Shown piece after piece: positions 50,945-62,209 of a stretch of DNA of 64,000 bases (the first letter of the stretch is position 1; every line of letters starts with the position of its first letter). The stretch covers positions 1,664,001 through 1,728,000 of the forward strand of contig CAVWGN010000001.1 in the NCBI GenBank assembly GCA_963754655.1. Reading direction: 5' to 3'. The notes below the pieces were generated by a model, which was given only the letters and a program-made list of their open reading frames with translations, made no database searches and was not told where the DNA came from. Made by a program: the position numbers and the translations under genes. This DNA comes from an uncultured Chlamydiae bacterium (GTDB lineage Bacteria > Chlamydiota > Chlamydiia > Chlamydiales > Parachlamydiaceae).

Positions 50945-51600
50945 TTATAAAATCATTTTCTGAACTGAACTTAGACGCCTTTTATTCAATGGTTTTGTTT
51001 GCATCAACAAATGACGGAAAAGATCAGCCGACCAATCGGCGATCTGCGCAGAATCAGTAACAAATGGCTGCATATCTGCTTTCGCAGATGCGAAATCCAG
51101 ACGCTCGATTTTATCGAGCATGAGTTTTTCAAATCGCTCCCGTGTCAGCATTTCATCATTTTGGAGAGTGCCTGCTCGTCGCATGTGAATGGCTAAACGC
51201 TGTAGTGATAAAATGGTTTTTTGACGCACTAACCAGTACCAGTCGTACCAATCACGTCCTTTCACACGCCCTTTCCATTCCCTGAAAAGGACAGCATGCA
51301 TTTGATTTCCACAGAAAAACCATATGACGTGAGTTCTTTCCGGATAGATTCATGATATGGCTCAAGAGAATATTTTGGATTTGGCGCAAGGAGTGTAAAA
51401 TCCAGATCTTCAGAAAACCGGTCAAGTCCATAAAGAATGCGAAGTGTTGTACCTTCATAGAACGCGGCATGTTCGAAAAAATGTGCCCTCCATAAACCCA
51501 CAAGTGCCAATTCCTGAAGAATCTCTTTTAACGCTCGCTCATATTGAGCGCGTGTCTCACATTTGTATCTTCTTAATATTGTCTCTAAGGCCGGATTCAT
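50945..51600 (-). pseudogene. abiEii: AbiEii nucleotidyltransferase toxin, internally deleted/frameshifted
   Basis: AFYEGT.LR..Y.LDRFSEDLDF in one frame; KMHAVLFR.WK.RVKGRDWYD in another. Confidence 0.82.
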
Positions 51601-52238
51601 TTTTGTTTCCTTAACCATTCAATTATAAGTTTAAGCGTTGGCGACCCTCCAGCCTTCAGGATTTCAGTGAACATCCCAATCCGCATGCGACTCACTAGTG
51701 CGTCATCGAGACGAAGATCATCGAAAAGCAGGTCAACAAGTTCATTCAACGTCTCAGGATGATCATCGCGAAGATAGAGAAGATCGGCAAGTGCCTTTTC
51801 AGCTGTTGCGAAGAGTGCAGTTTCGTTATTTCTTACTGAAACTAGATTGAAGTTGACTTGGTAGAGTTTAGGTGGAAGATAGGCATAACTAAATCTGCCA
51901 ATTGGGGTATCAAAGTTCCGAGCGCGTTTTATAGAAATACTTGTGACTTCTGTAACATGTTCAGGAATTAAACCATAATAAGCAAGTGCATATTCTCTAG
52001 AAACATAGGAAGGGCCATAAATCTTATTCGCCATAATTTCTGGGCTGTATGGTCCTTTTCGGTAGTCAGAACCAAACAGATATAGACCTTTTTTAACTCG
52101 GATTAAATCCCCTTTTTGCAGGAGTGTAGTTAACTTGGCTCTAGGGGATTTATAGTCCTTAAGACCATCCATGACAAAAGTATAGTCGATCTCTTCTCCT
52201 TGAGATTTACTTCGAAGTTGTAACATTATATTAGTCAT
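51597..52238 (-). CDS. abiEi: AbiEi antitoxin
   Basis: LIRVKKGLY, PSYVS.EYAL.YYGLIPE, A..EKALAD. Confidence 0.85.
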   Translation of the reverse strand: MTNIMLQLRSKSQGEEIDYTFVMDGLKDYKSPRAKLTTLLQKGDLIRVKKGLYLFGSDYRKGPYSPEIMANKIYGPSYVSREYALAYYGLIPEHVTEVTSISIKRARNFDTPIGRFSYAYLPPKLYQVNFNLVSVRNNETALFATAEKALADLLYLRDDHPETLNELVDLLFDDLRLDDALVSRMRIGMFTEILKAGGSPTLKLIIEWLRKQK

Positions 52239-52245
52239 GATTTTT

Positions 52246-52280
52246 TGTCAGTATGTATGAATTTATTGTACATACTGACA
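52246..52280. promoter_or_regulatory. 12-bp perfect inverted repeat, putative AbiEi operator
   Basis: TGTCAGTATGTA-N11-TACATACTGACA directly upstream of abiEi. Confidence 0.65.
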
Positions 52281-52558
52281 TAATTATTATCAAAATTTGT
52301 GAGTACCAAGATCTACTCATTTTATGAACTATCGCTATTTAGTTGCATAATTTCCAAATTTTTCAGGCCTTCTTTTGTGAAAGCATAAGACATCACATTT
52401 TAAGCGCAACATCCAATTCAAACGAACAAATTTTGATTCTTACACCAGATGAAGCAAAATATTGATTTTTCTTCTTTTCTTCAGTTAACATCGCAATCCC
52501 CCAACTGGATAGGGACTAGAAAATCAATTGGCTTAGTAAAATGATAGGAGAAAAATTG

Positions 52559-53539
52559 ATGAAAGCTATTTTAATTCATGGAAATGGCGGTGGGAAACCG
52601 ACAGACAATTGGTTGCCTTACCTTAAGTTAGAATTAGAGAAAATGGGGATTAAAGTTGAAGCTCCTCAATTTCCTGATGCTGATTTAGCAAGAGCATCTT
52701 ATTGGATTCCATTTCTAAAAGATACTTTAAAGGCAGATGACAAAACTATTCTCATAGGACATTCCTCAGGAGCAATTGCTGCAATGAAGTTTGCTGAGAA
52801 AAATCAAATTTTAGGATCTGTCTTAGTTGGAGCTTATCATACCGATTTGGGTTTTGAAAAAGAAAAATTAAGTGGTTATTTTGATACTCCTTGGGATTGG
52901 AATGCAATTAAGAAAAATCAACAATGGATTGTTCAATTTGCAGGACTTCATGACCCGTGGATTCCTATTTCGGAAGCACGCTATGTCCATGATAAACTTA
53001 ATACTGATTATCATGAATCAACAGACCAGGGACATTTTGGAGGTGACTACTATAAAGAGACTTTTCCCGAGGCTCTAAAGGCAATCAAAGCGATGATTTC
53101 TGATAACGAATTTAATGCTCCAGAATCTCAATCTACACAAAAAAGAGAAAGCTTAAAAAAGATAGCGGAAACCTATGCTCAGCGAGTCTGGAATGATAAG
53201 GATCTAATAGTTATTGACGAGCTAATTCACCAAAAATGTGTCATACATAGCTTGCTTGGGGATTTTTATGGACCAGAACCCATGAAAAATGTTGTTCAAA
53301 CCTGGTTAAGAGGTTTTCCTGATTTAATAGTAAAGAATACAGCGATCATTTGCGAACAAGATTTTGTTGTCATTCAATGGCTTGCAAATGGTACTCACAC
53401 TGGACAATTCAAAGGACTACAGCCAACGGGTCAATCTGTATTCTATAGCGGCGTAACAATTTATGGCATTGAGGATGACAAGATAGTAGAATACTGGGCA
53501 TATTTAGACATGCACGATTTACTCCAACAAATAAGCTAA
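52559..53539 (+). CDS. RBBP9/YdeN-type serine hydrolase fused to a SnoaL-like (ester cyclase) domain
   Basis: LIHGNGG, GHSSG, DPW, GHF; C-terminal FPDL...GTHTG.F.G..PTG. Confidence 0.85.
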   Translation: MKAILIHGNGGGKPTDNWLPYLKLELEKMGIKVEAPQFPDADLARASYWIPFLKDTLKADDKTILIGHSSGAIAAMKFAEKNQILGSVLVGAYHTDLGFEKEKLSGYFDTPWDWNAIKKNQQWIVQFAGLHDPWIPISEARYVHDKLNTDYHESTDQGHFGGDYYKETFPEALKAIKAMISDNEFNAPESQSTQKRESLKKIAETYAQRVWNDKDLIVIDELIHQKCVIHSLLGDFYGPEPMKNVVQTWLRGFPDLIVKNTAIICEQDFVVIQWLANGTHTGQFKGLQPTGQSVFYSGVTIYGIEDDKIVEYWAYLDMHDLLQQIS

Positions 53540-54024
53540 TTTTTCATTGCTTTTACTCCTCTTTTCGCAAACCAGAGATTTGTAAAATATGATTAATAAA
53601 CCTACACCTACCAGGTCTTTTAACGTCTGATAATATTAAATAAAGAATATTCCCTTTATGTCTGATAATAAAATTAAATGCTTTTTCAAAAAAATGTGTT
53701 TATGACTATAAGCCTCGATTTAGATCATGGTGTTTTACTAAAAAATTTGACACTTGCAGCCCCTCAGGCTGATTCAGAAAATTTCAGCTTGTAATAGGAG
53801 TAGACCGCGGTCTAAAAGCACAATAGCCTAGTATTCAACCACATTAGTTTTGTGTATTTAGATTGCTTGAAAGCTCCGGGGTAGGGTGTTCATTTTGTGC
53901 AAAAAATGAGCTTTATTTTTCACAATAATTGGCATAGTTAAATTGAAGGTCGCATGTTTATGCCGTCCTTTCAGGACTCGATGTCTTTTTGATAGAACCC
54001 AGGCCTCCGCTTCGCTGCGACCTG

Positions 54025-54866
54025 GGGCGTGTTTTAAAAAGATTATTTATGATATAATAATAGTTGTAGGGACCCATAGGAGGTGTTTATGACTAGAATG
54101 TTTTTAAAAGATAAGGACTGGGAGAAGCTAAGTCCATTATTACCTTCGCAAACAGGTAAACAGGGAAGACCTAGAAAAAATGATCGGTTGGTAATAGAAG
54201 GGATTTTATGGTCTATAAGAACGGGAGCTCCTTGGAGAGATATGCCCCCTGAATTTGGCCACTGGCAAACGATCTATTCAAGAATGCATAACTGGACCTT
54301 AAATGGAACTTGGTCAAAAATTTGGAGTGTTTTGAAAAAAAAATGCATCCCACGAATCACATATTATTGATTCTACAAGTGTTAAAGTACATCAAAATGC
54401 AATGGGAGGTTTTGGAGGAAAAACATTTAATGGAATTGGAAAGACACAAGGTGGTTGGTCAACAAGAATTCATGTTGTAGTTAATGCTGAAGGGCAACCA
54501 TTAAAAGTAAAAATTGCTCCTGGAAATAGAAATGATAATTTATTTGCTAAATCTCTATTAAATGGGAAACGAGCAAAAAATGTTATAGCAGATCTAGCTT
54601 ATGATACAGATGAAATTAGATACTATTTAATGAAAAGAAAGGAACGAGCTGTCATTCCAAGTCACCCAAAGAGAACTGATGAAATTCCCTATAGCAAGCG
54701 TTTGTATAAAAAAAGAAAGGTTGTGGAGAATTTTTTCCAAAAACTAAAAACTTTTAGACGAATTGCTACTCGTTACGATAAGTTAGGAAAAATATTTAGA
54801 GGAGTGGTTATAATTGCGTTTATTATAATTTATATCACACATTGGTAATGTTTTTCAAACACGCCC
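54025..54866 (+). mobile_element. IS5-family element (ORFs 54083-54370 and 54402-54848, joined via an A9 run)
   Basis: TIR GGGCGTGTTT.AAAA; inserted in CCTGG with TG/CTGG duplication; IDSTSV, ADLAYD and VENFF..LK.FRRIATRYDK motifs. Confidence 0.92.
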
Positions 54867-55367
54867 TGGGCTGTAACATGACGGCCCTTCAGGCCTTAAC
54901 AAAAAGATGATTTAGGGACTATAGAAGAGAGACTTAAACATCTCTTGTTAAGGCCTGAAGGGCCGTCATGTTACAGCCCAGGTCGCAGCGAAGCGGAGGC
55001 CTGGGTTCTATCAAAAAGACATCGAGTCCTGAAAGGACGGCATAAACATGCGACCTTCAATTTAACTATGCCAATTATTGTGAAAAATAAAGCTCATTTT
55101 TTGCACAAAATGAACACCCTACCCGCGGGGCTTTGAAGCAGTTCCAATGGGCAAAAACTAATGTGGTTGAGTACTAGGCTATTTTTTCGCCATTTTCGGG
55201 AAAAATTGCTTCTAAAATCTGTTACAGACCTGGTATTATTAATTTGACTATACAGGTATTAAGCCTAAAATAGTTCTTTGTTAATTCCTTGCCCTTGGGG
55301 CTATTGTATTTTTAGACCGCAGTCTACTCCTATTGCAAGCTGAGATTTCCTGCATCAGCCTGAAGAG

Positions 55368-55484
55368 GCTGATAGGAAATTGATAATTTCCGACGTATAT
55401 AATTTATTTTAACTTGTCTTGAGTATATTGTGAGTGGTTTCAAAAAATTATTTAAGTCCTGAAATTATCAATTTCCTGTCAGCC
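55368..55484. mobile_element. Small MITE inside the REP arm
   Basis: TIR GGCTGA(T/C)AGGAAATTGATAATTTC. Confidence 0.7.
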
Positions 55485-55765
55485 TCGAAGGGCTGTAAGT
55501 GCAAAAACCACAGCAACGCCCTGGGTATGAGTCAGTTGCGTCATGCAGCCTGAAGGGCTGCAAGTGTTAAAAATTTTTTAGTAAAAAAGCCCTGCGATTT
55601 AGATCTTATTAATTTATAATTATCGCGCTTTTAATTTTAAACAAATTTAAAAATAAAATTTAAAAATTAAATAAATATATACATAAATCCAATAATTTTA
55701 TATAGTATCAAACCAATAGTAATTGTTTATAAAAATTAAAACAAACAAATCATTAGAAGGTAATT

Positions 55766-56881
55766 ATGCAAATTAATAACAGTCACACACAAACAACGCA
55801 AAATAATTTGAAAGAATCCTTATTAAATACACTTATTCCTAATGAGATATTAGAAATTGTTTTTGATCAGATTGTCAATCAAAAGAGCCAGCCTTTGTCT
55901 GATATTTCTTCTATTTTACTCACGTGTAAAAGATGGGAAAATGTTCTTAAGGCAAATCCTTGCATCTCATTATTGCAGACTCTTTTTCAAATTACACACA
56001 GTGATCGATTCATTATTACGCCTCCCAGTGAGTGCATTATCATATTTAACAAAAAAAAGGAATTTACCTCTCAAGAACTTAAATTGATTGATCAAGCCAC
56101 TAAAGACAAAGCCTTATTTGAAAAATTATTCTTATCAGAATCAAAAAAATTTGAAAAATTGTTAATGGTTGATTCAAAATTATTTCACCCAGACAGTTTA
56201 TTTCTTCCTCTTTTGAATCGCTATTTATGGAATCCTGAGGTTTGCAAAAACAGCGCCAATCAACGCATCAGGATTATCGCTGAAAATCAACTGTCTATTC
56301 TAAACTCTCTTATATCAGGTACTGATGAAGAAAAATTAACTGTTATCAAAAACGACTTTATCGAAAAATTTTACCGGGGCGTTAAAGTTAGTGAAACAAG
56401 AAAGTACGAGGCTGAAACATCTGTTATCTCCACCCTTAAAAAATTTCGCAATCTTAATGATAAAAAAGTTTTTATTCAAGTTGCTCACTATTTTGGAGGC
56501 GCTATTTTTGTTATAGATGAAAGTTTTAAAAAAGATCGAGAGATTGTCTTAGCGGCCGTTAAGCAAGATGGCAGCGCTCTTTACAAGGCAGATGAAAGTT
56601 TTAAAAAAGATCGAAAGATTGTCTTAGCGGCCGTTAAGCGAGATGGCAGCGCTCTTTACATTGCAGATGAAAGCCTCAAAAAAGATCGAGAGATTGTCTT
56701 GGCGGCTGTTAAGCAAGATGGCGAGGCTCTTCAGTATGCAGATGAAAGTCTTAGAAAAGATCGAGAGATTGTCTTAGCAGCAGTTAAACAAAATGCCTGG
56801 TCTTTTCGATTTGCTTTAGATAAAAGCCTTAAAAAAGATCAAGAGATTATGTTGGCTATCCAGTATTGCCTAAGTTTTTAG
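55766..56881 (+). CDS. F-box-like + DUF4116 repeat protein (array member 1)
   Basis: LIPNEILEIVF...LTCKRW; 25-aa repeats. Confidence 0.85.
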   Translation: MQINNSHTQTTQNNLKESLLNTLIPNEILEIVFDQIVNQKSQPLSDISSILLTCKRWENVLKANPCISLLQTLFQITHSDRFIITPPSECIIIFNKKKEFTSQELKLIDQATKDKALFEKLFLSESKKFEKLLMVDSKLFHPDSLFLPLLNRYLWNPEVCKNSANQRIRIIAENQLSILNSLISGTDEEKLTVIKNDFIEKFYRGVKVSETRKYEAETSVISTLKKFRNLNDKKVFIQVAHYFGGAIFVIDESFKKDREIVLAAVKQDGSALYKADESFKKDRKIVLAAVKRDGSALYIADESLKKDREIVLAAVKQDGEALQYADESLRKDREIVLAAVKQNAWSFRFALDKSLKKDQEIMLAIQYCLSF

Positions 56882-57139
56882 GTATTTTTCGATCTCAAAA
56901 CATTCGTCATTAAAAACCAAATCTGAATATGACTGCGGAGGCGATCGAGTTGGATTATTTTATGTGAAATGACAAACTTAAATTAAAATCTTGTTAATAT
57001 ATAAACATCTTGTTTTTAGTTTTTAGCAAAATTAAATATAAAATCATATAAATATACACATAAATAAATTATATGGTACATTATTAAATTCATTATAAAT
57101 TACTTATAAATAAAAAAAATAAATCATTAAAAGGTAATT

Positions 57140-58297
57140 ATGCAAATTAGTAACATTTACTCACAAACAACGCAAAATTATTTGGAAGAATCCTTATTAA
57201 ATACCCTTATTCCTAATGAGATATTAGAAATTGTTTTTGATCAGGTTGTTAATCAAAAAAGCCAGCCTTTATCTGATATTTCTTCTATTTTACTCACGTG
57301 TAAAAGATGGGAAAATGTTCTTAAGGCAAATTCTTGCATCTCATTATTGCAGACTCTTTTTCAAATTACACACAGTGATCGATTCACTATTACGCCTCCC
57401 AGTGAGTGCATTATCATACCTGACAAAAAAAAGGAATTTACCTCTCAAGAACTTAAATTGATTGATCAAGCCAATAAAGAAGAAAAAACATTTGAAGAAT
57501 TATTAATGGTTGATTCAGAATTATTTCACCCCAAAAGTATATTTCTTCCTCTTTTGAATCGCTATTTATGGGATCCTGAAGTTTGCAAAAACAGCGCCAA
57601 TCAACATATTAGGATGATTGCTGAAAATCAATTGTCTATTTTAAACTCTCTTATCTCAGGCACTGATGAAGAGAGATTAACCGTTATCAAAAATGACTTT
57701 ATCGAAAAATTTTACCAGGGCGGTAAAGTTAAGGAAAGACAGTACGAGGCACAAACATCTGTTATCTCCACCCTTAAAAAATTTTTCGATCTTAATGATA
57801 AAAAAGTTTTTATTCAAGTTGCTCACTATTTTGGATGCGCTATTTTTGTTATAGATGAAAGTTTTAAAAAAGATCGAGAGATTGTCTTAGCGGCCGTTAA
57901 GCAAGATGGCTATAACGCTCTTTACAAGGCAGATGAAAGTTTTAAAAAAGATCGAAAGATTGTCTTAGCGGCCGTTAAGCGAGATGGCAGCGCTCTTTAC
58001 ATTGCAGATGAAAGCCTCAAAAAAGATCGAGAGATTGTCTTAGCGGCCGTTAAGAAAGATGGCTATGCTCTTAAATATGCAGATGAAAGCCTTAGAAAAG
58101 ATCGAGAGATTGTCTTGGCGGCCGTTAAGCAATATGGCGAGGCTCTTCAGTATGCAGATGAAAGTCTTAGAAAAGATCGAGAAATTGTCTTAGCAGCAGT
58201 TAAACAAAATGCCTGGTCTTTTCGATTTGTTTTAGATAAAAGCCTTAAAAAAGATCAAGAGATTATGTTGGCTATCCGGGATTGCCTAAGTTTTTAG
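57140..58297 (+). CDS. F-box-like + DUF4116 repeat protein (array member 2)
   Basis: Same architecture as member 1. Confidence 0.85.
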   Translation: MQISNIYSQTTQNYLEESLLNTLIPNEILEIVFDQVVNQKSQPLSDISSILLTCKRWENVLKANSCISLLQTLFQITHSDRFTITPPSECIIIPDKKKEFTSQELKLIDQANKEEKTFEELLMVDSELFHPKSIFLPLLNRYLWDPEVCKNSANQHIRMIAENQLSILNSLISGTDEERLTVIKNDFIEKFYQGGKVKERQYEAQTSVISTLKKFFDLNDKKVFIQVAHYFGCAIFVIDESFKKDREIVLAAVKQDGYNALYKADESFKKDRKIVLAAVKRDGSALYIADESLKKDREIVLAAVKKDGYALKYADESLRKDREIVLAAVKQYGEALQYADESLRKDREIVLAAVKQNAWSFRFVLDKSLKKDQEIMLAIRDCLSF

Positions 58298-58466
58298 GTA
58301 TTTTTCGATCTCAAAACATTCGTCATTAAAAACCAATTTTTTGTTTTTTTAATTTTCAACAAAATTAAATATATAAACATATACATAAATAAAATTATTT
58401 GATATAACATTAAAACAACAGAAATTATTGATAAATATTAAAAAAACAAATTATTAAAAGGAAACT

Positions 58467-59702
58467 ATGCAAATTAATAACATTCCTTCACAAACAACGC
58501 CAAATCATTTGGAAGAATCCTTATTAAATACCCTTATTCCTAATGAGATATTAGAAATTGTTTTTGATCAGGTTGTTAATCAAAAAAGCCAGCCTTTATC
58601 TGATATTTCTTCTATTTTACTCACGTGTAAAAGATGGGAAAATGTTCTTAAGGCAAATTCTTGCATCTCATTATTGCAGACTCTTTTTCAAATTACACAC
58701 AGTGATCGATTCACTATTACGCCTCCCAGTGAGTGCATTATCATACCTGACAAAAAAAAGGAATTTACCTCTCAAGAACTTAAATTGATTGATCAAGCCA
58801 ATAAAGAAGAAAAAACATTTGAAGAATTATTAATGGTTGATTCAGAATTATTTCACCCCAAAAGTATATTTCTTCCTCTTTTGAATCGCTATTTATGGGA
58901 TCCTGAAGTTTGCAAAAACAGCGCCAATCAACATATTAGGATGATTGCTGAAAATCAATTGTCTATTTTAAACTCTCTTATCTCAGGCACTGATGAAGAG
59001 AGATTAACCGTTATCAAAAATGACTTTATCGAAAAATTTTACCAGGGCGGTAAAGTTAAGGAAAGACAGTACGAGGCACAAACATCTGTTATCTCCACCC
59101 TTAAAAAATTTCGCGATCTTAATGATAAAAAAGTTTTTATTCAAGTTGCTCACTATTTTGGATCCTGTGTTTTTGATATAGATGAAAGTTTTAAAAAAGA
59201 TCGAGAGATTGTCTTAGCGGCCGTTAAGCAAGATGGCTATAACGCTCTTTACAAGGCAGATGAAAGTTTTAAAAAAGATCGAAAGATTGTCTTAGCGGCC
59301 GTTAAGCAAGATGGCTATAACGCTCTTTACAAGGCAGATGAAAGTTTTAAAAAAGATCGAAAGATTGTCTTAGCGGCCGTTAAGCGAGATGGCAGCGCTC
59401 TTTACATTGCAGATGAAAGCCTCAAAAAAGATCGAGAGATTGTCTTAGCGGCCGTTAAGAAAGATGGCTATGCTCTTAAATATGCAGATAAAAGCCTTAG
59501 AAAAGATCGAGAGATTGTCTTGGCGGCCGTTAAGCAATATGGCGAGGCTCTTCAGTATGCAGATGAAAGTCTTAGAAAAGATCGAGAAATTGTCTTAGCA
59601 GCAGTTAAACAAAATGCCTGGTCTTTTCGATTTGTTTTAGATAAAAGCCTTAAAAAAGATCAAGAGATTATGTTGGCTGTCCGGGATTGCCTAAGTTTTT
59701 AG
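58467..59702 (+). CDS. F-box-like + DUF4116 repeat protein (array member 3)
   Basis: Nearly identical to member 2, plus one extra 26-aa repeat. Confidence 0.85.
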   Translation: MQINNIPSQTTPNHLEESLLNTLIPNEILEIVFDQVVNQKSQPLSDISSILLTCKRWENVLKANSCISLLQTLFQITHSDRFTITPPSECIIIPDKKKEFTSQELKLIDQANKEEKTFEELLMVDSELFHPKSIFLPLLNRYLWDPEVCKNSANQHIRMIAENQLSILNSLISGTDEERLTVIKNDFIEKFYQGGKVKERQYEAQTSVISTLKKFRDLNDKKVFIQVAHYFGSCVFDIDESFKKDREIVLAAVKQDGYNALYKADESFKKDRKIVLAAVKQDGYNALYKADESFKKDRKIVLAAVKRDGSALYIADESLKKDREIVLAAVKKDGYALKYADKSLRKDREIVLAAVKQYGEALQYADESLRKDREIVLAAVKQNAWSFRFVLDKSLKKDQEIMLAVRDCLSF

Positions 59703-59932
59703 GTATTTTTCGATCTCAAAATATTCGTCATTAAAAACCAAATCTGAATATAACTGCGGAAGTGATCGAGTTGGATTACCTTAAGTGAAATTAAAAGCTT
59801 AAATTAAAATCTCTTTAATTTATACGCCTTCTTGTTTTTTGGTTTTTAAAAAATTAAACATAAAATTATATAAAAATATACGAAAATAAAATTATTTTGT
59901 AAAATATTAAAAAAAATCATTAAAAGGTAATT

Positions 59933-61306
59933 ATGCAAAGTAACAACATTCATTCACAAACAACGCCAAATCATTTGGAAGAATCCTTATTAAATACACT
60001 TATTCCTAATGAGATATTAGAAATCGTTTTTGATCAGATTGTCAATCAAAAGAGCCAGCCTTTATCTGATATTTCTTCTATTTTACTCACGTGTAAAAGA
60101 TGGAAAAATGTTCTTAAGGCAAATCCTTGTATCTCATTATTGCAAACTCTTTTTCAAATTACACACAGTGATCGATTCACTACTACGCCTCCCAGTGAAT
60201 GCATTATCATACCTGACAAAAAAAAGAAATTTACCTCTCAAGAACTTAAATTGATTGATCAAGCCAATAAAGAAAAAAATACATTTGAAAAATTGTTATT
60301 GGTTGATTCAGAATTATTTCACTCCGACAGTTTATTTCTTTCTCTTTTGAATCGCTATTTATGGGATCCTGAAGTTTGCAAAAACAGCGCCAATCAACGC
60401 ATCAGGATGATTGCTGAAAATCAATTGTCTATTTTAAACTCTCTTATCTCAGGCACTGATGAAGAAAAATTAGCCGTTATCAAAAATGACTTTATCGAGA
60501 AATTTTACCTGGGAGGCGAAGTTAATCAAAGACAGCACGAGGCACAAACATCTGTCATCTCCACTCTTAAAAAATTTCGCAATCTTAATGATAAAAGCGT
60601 TTTTATTCAAATTGCTCACTATTTTGGATCCTGTGTTTTTGATATAGATGAAAGCCTTCAAAAAGATCGAGAAGTTGTCTTAGCGGCCGTTCAGCGAACT
60701 GGCCCGGCTCTTGCCTATGCAGATAAAAGCCTTAGAAAAGATCGAGAGATTGTCTTGGCGGCCGTTAAGCAAGATGGCCATGCTCTTTTCTATGCAGAGG
60801 AAAGCCTTAGAAAAGATCGAGAGATTGTCTTGGCGGCTGTTCAGCGAGATGGCTATGCTCTTGCCTATGCAAATAAAAGCCTTCAAAAAGATCGAGAAGT
60901 TGTCTTGGCGGCCGTTAAACAATACGGCTGCGTTATTGAATATGCAGATGAAAGCCTTCAAAAAGATCGAGACATTGTCTTGGCGGCCGTTAAGCGAAAT
61001 GGCAGTGCTCTTCAATATGCAGATGAAAGCCTTAGAAAAGATCGAGACATTGTCTTGGCGGCCGTTCAGCAAGATGGTAGGGCTCTTCAATATGCAGATG
61101 AAAGCCTTAGAAAAGATCAAGACATTGTCTTGGCGGCCGTTAAGCAAGATGGCGAGGCTCTTCAATATGCAGATGAAAGCCTTAGAAAAGATCGAAAAAT
61201 TGTCTTAGCGGCAGTTAAGCAAAATGGCTGGTCTTTTCAATTTGCAGATAAAAGCCTTAAAAAAGATCAAGAGATGATGTTGGTTTTCCAGGATAGGATT
61301 GCCTAG
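59933..61306 (+). CDS. F-box-like + DUF4116 repeat protein (array member 4)
   Basis: Same architecture; about 8 repeats. Confidence 0.85.
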   Translation: MQSNNIHSQTTPNHLEESLLNTLIPNEILEIVFDQIVNQKSQPLSDISSILLTCKRWKNVLKANPCISLLQTLFQITHSDRFTTTPPSECIIIPDKKKKFTSQELKLIDQANKEKNTFEKLLLVDSELFHSDSLFLSLLNRYLWDPEVCKNSANQRIRMIAENQLSILNSLISGTDEEKLAVIKNDFIEKFYLGGEVNQRQHEAQTSVISTLKKFRNLNDKSVFIQIAHYFGSCVFDIDESLQKDREVVLAAVQRTGPALAYADKSLRKDREIVLAAVKQDGHALFYAEESLRKDREIVLAAVQRDGYALAYANKSLQKDREVVLAAVKQYGCVIEYADESLQKDRDIVLAAVKRNGSALQYADESLRKDRDIVLAAVQQDGRALQYADESLRKDQDIVLAAVKQDGEALQYADESLRKDRKIVLAAVKQNGWSFQFADKSLKKDQEMMLVFQDRIA

Positions 61307-61362
61307 GTTTTTAGGTGTTTTTCGATCTCAAAACATTCGTTATTAAAAACCAAATCAGCATA

Positions 61363-61860
61363 TCAGTTTGAATCATAGATAGGTTTTTCAATTAGAGGCT
61401 TATCGAAGAGCTCTATCTCTTCAGGTGTTGGTGCTTGGAATATTTTGAACCACATGTGTAGTACATCTCGTTTTATAGGAGGGTCCTCCATGCCACGGTG
61501 TTGAATTCTATTGAAGAGGACATCCAAAGGCACAGAGAGATAATGCAATTCAACAGCGGCACCAAGAGCTCGAGCTTCGAGCCGTAAAGTATCTCGTTCA
61601 GATCTTCCCCATGTTCCCCACTCGATGATTATGATAAGACCGAGCGTAAGAAGCTCCTGACCAAATTTCCACTGTAACGCTTCCACTCTTCCACGCTTTT
61701 CTTCGTCGTAAAGGTTTATCGAAAGAGCATCCATCCATTCATCGGGAGCAAAACGAATTGCGTGCAGTTTTTTTTCGAGCAACTTGGCGAATGTAGTTTT
61801 ACCTGAACCTGGCAAACCGCATATAATAATCAACCTTGGGCCAGTGCTAGATCTTTTCAT
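61363..61860 (-). CDS. AAA_33-type P-loop kinase
   Basis: IICGLPGSGKTT, DEW, R...R lid motif. Confidence 0.85.
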   Translation of the reverse strand: MKRSSTGPRLIIICGLPGSGKTTFAKLLEKKLHAIRFAPDEWMDALSINLYDEEKRGRVEALQWKFGQELLTLGLIIIIEWGTWGRSERDTLRLEARALGAAVELHYLSVPLDVLFNRIQHRGMEDPPIKRDVLHMWFKIFQAPTPEEIELFDKPLIEKPIYDSN

Positions 61861-61957
61861 AAAGGATCATCATTTTGGTAAATTTATGATTTAGGCCAAC
61901 ATCTTCATATGAATAATCAAATCCCTACGTCATAGGGATCTTAAGTTCTAAAGCTTG

Positions 61958-62209
61958 TTATTGAACCAGCCTGAATCTAGGTTGTAATTTTTCATCTGCG
62001 ATGACATTTTCTAAAAACATAGCAAGTGGGCGTACCCATATTCCTTCCTCTCCATATAAAGCTTGGTAGACCACAAGTTCTTCAAGTGTTTCGCTATGAC
62101 GAGCTATAGCAAGAACCTTATAACGGAAGCCTTTATAGTGCTCATACAGACCATTAATGATTACGGTTTTTGCCAAGAGTGATAACGGGGGTAAAGCTTT
62201 TGAATTCAT
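61958..62209 (-). CDS. DUF1653 family protein
   Basis: GLYEHYKG..Y.V...ARHSETLEELVVYQALYG...WVRP..MF. Confidence 0.88.
   Translation of the reverse strand: MNSKALPPLSLLAKTVIINGLYEHYKGFRYKVLAIARHSETLEELVVYQALYGEEGIWVRPLAMFLENVIADEKLQPRFRLVQ

Larger units (their letters stand above)
53726..55594. mobile_element. Multi-layer nested MITE/REP/IS composite
   Basis: Outer TIR as in 30386-30573 with 10-bp TSD CGATTTAGAT (53716-53725, 55595-55604); empty-site homolog near 62437. Confidence 0.85.
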
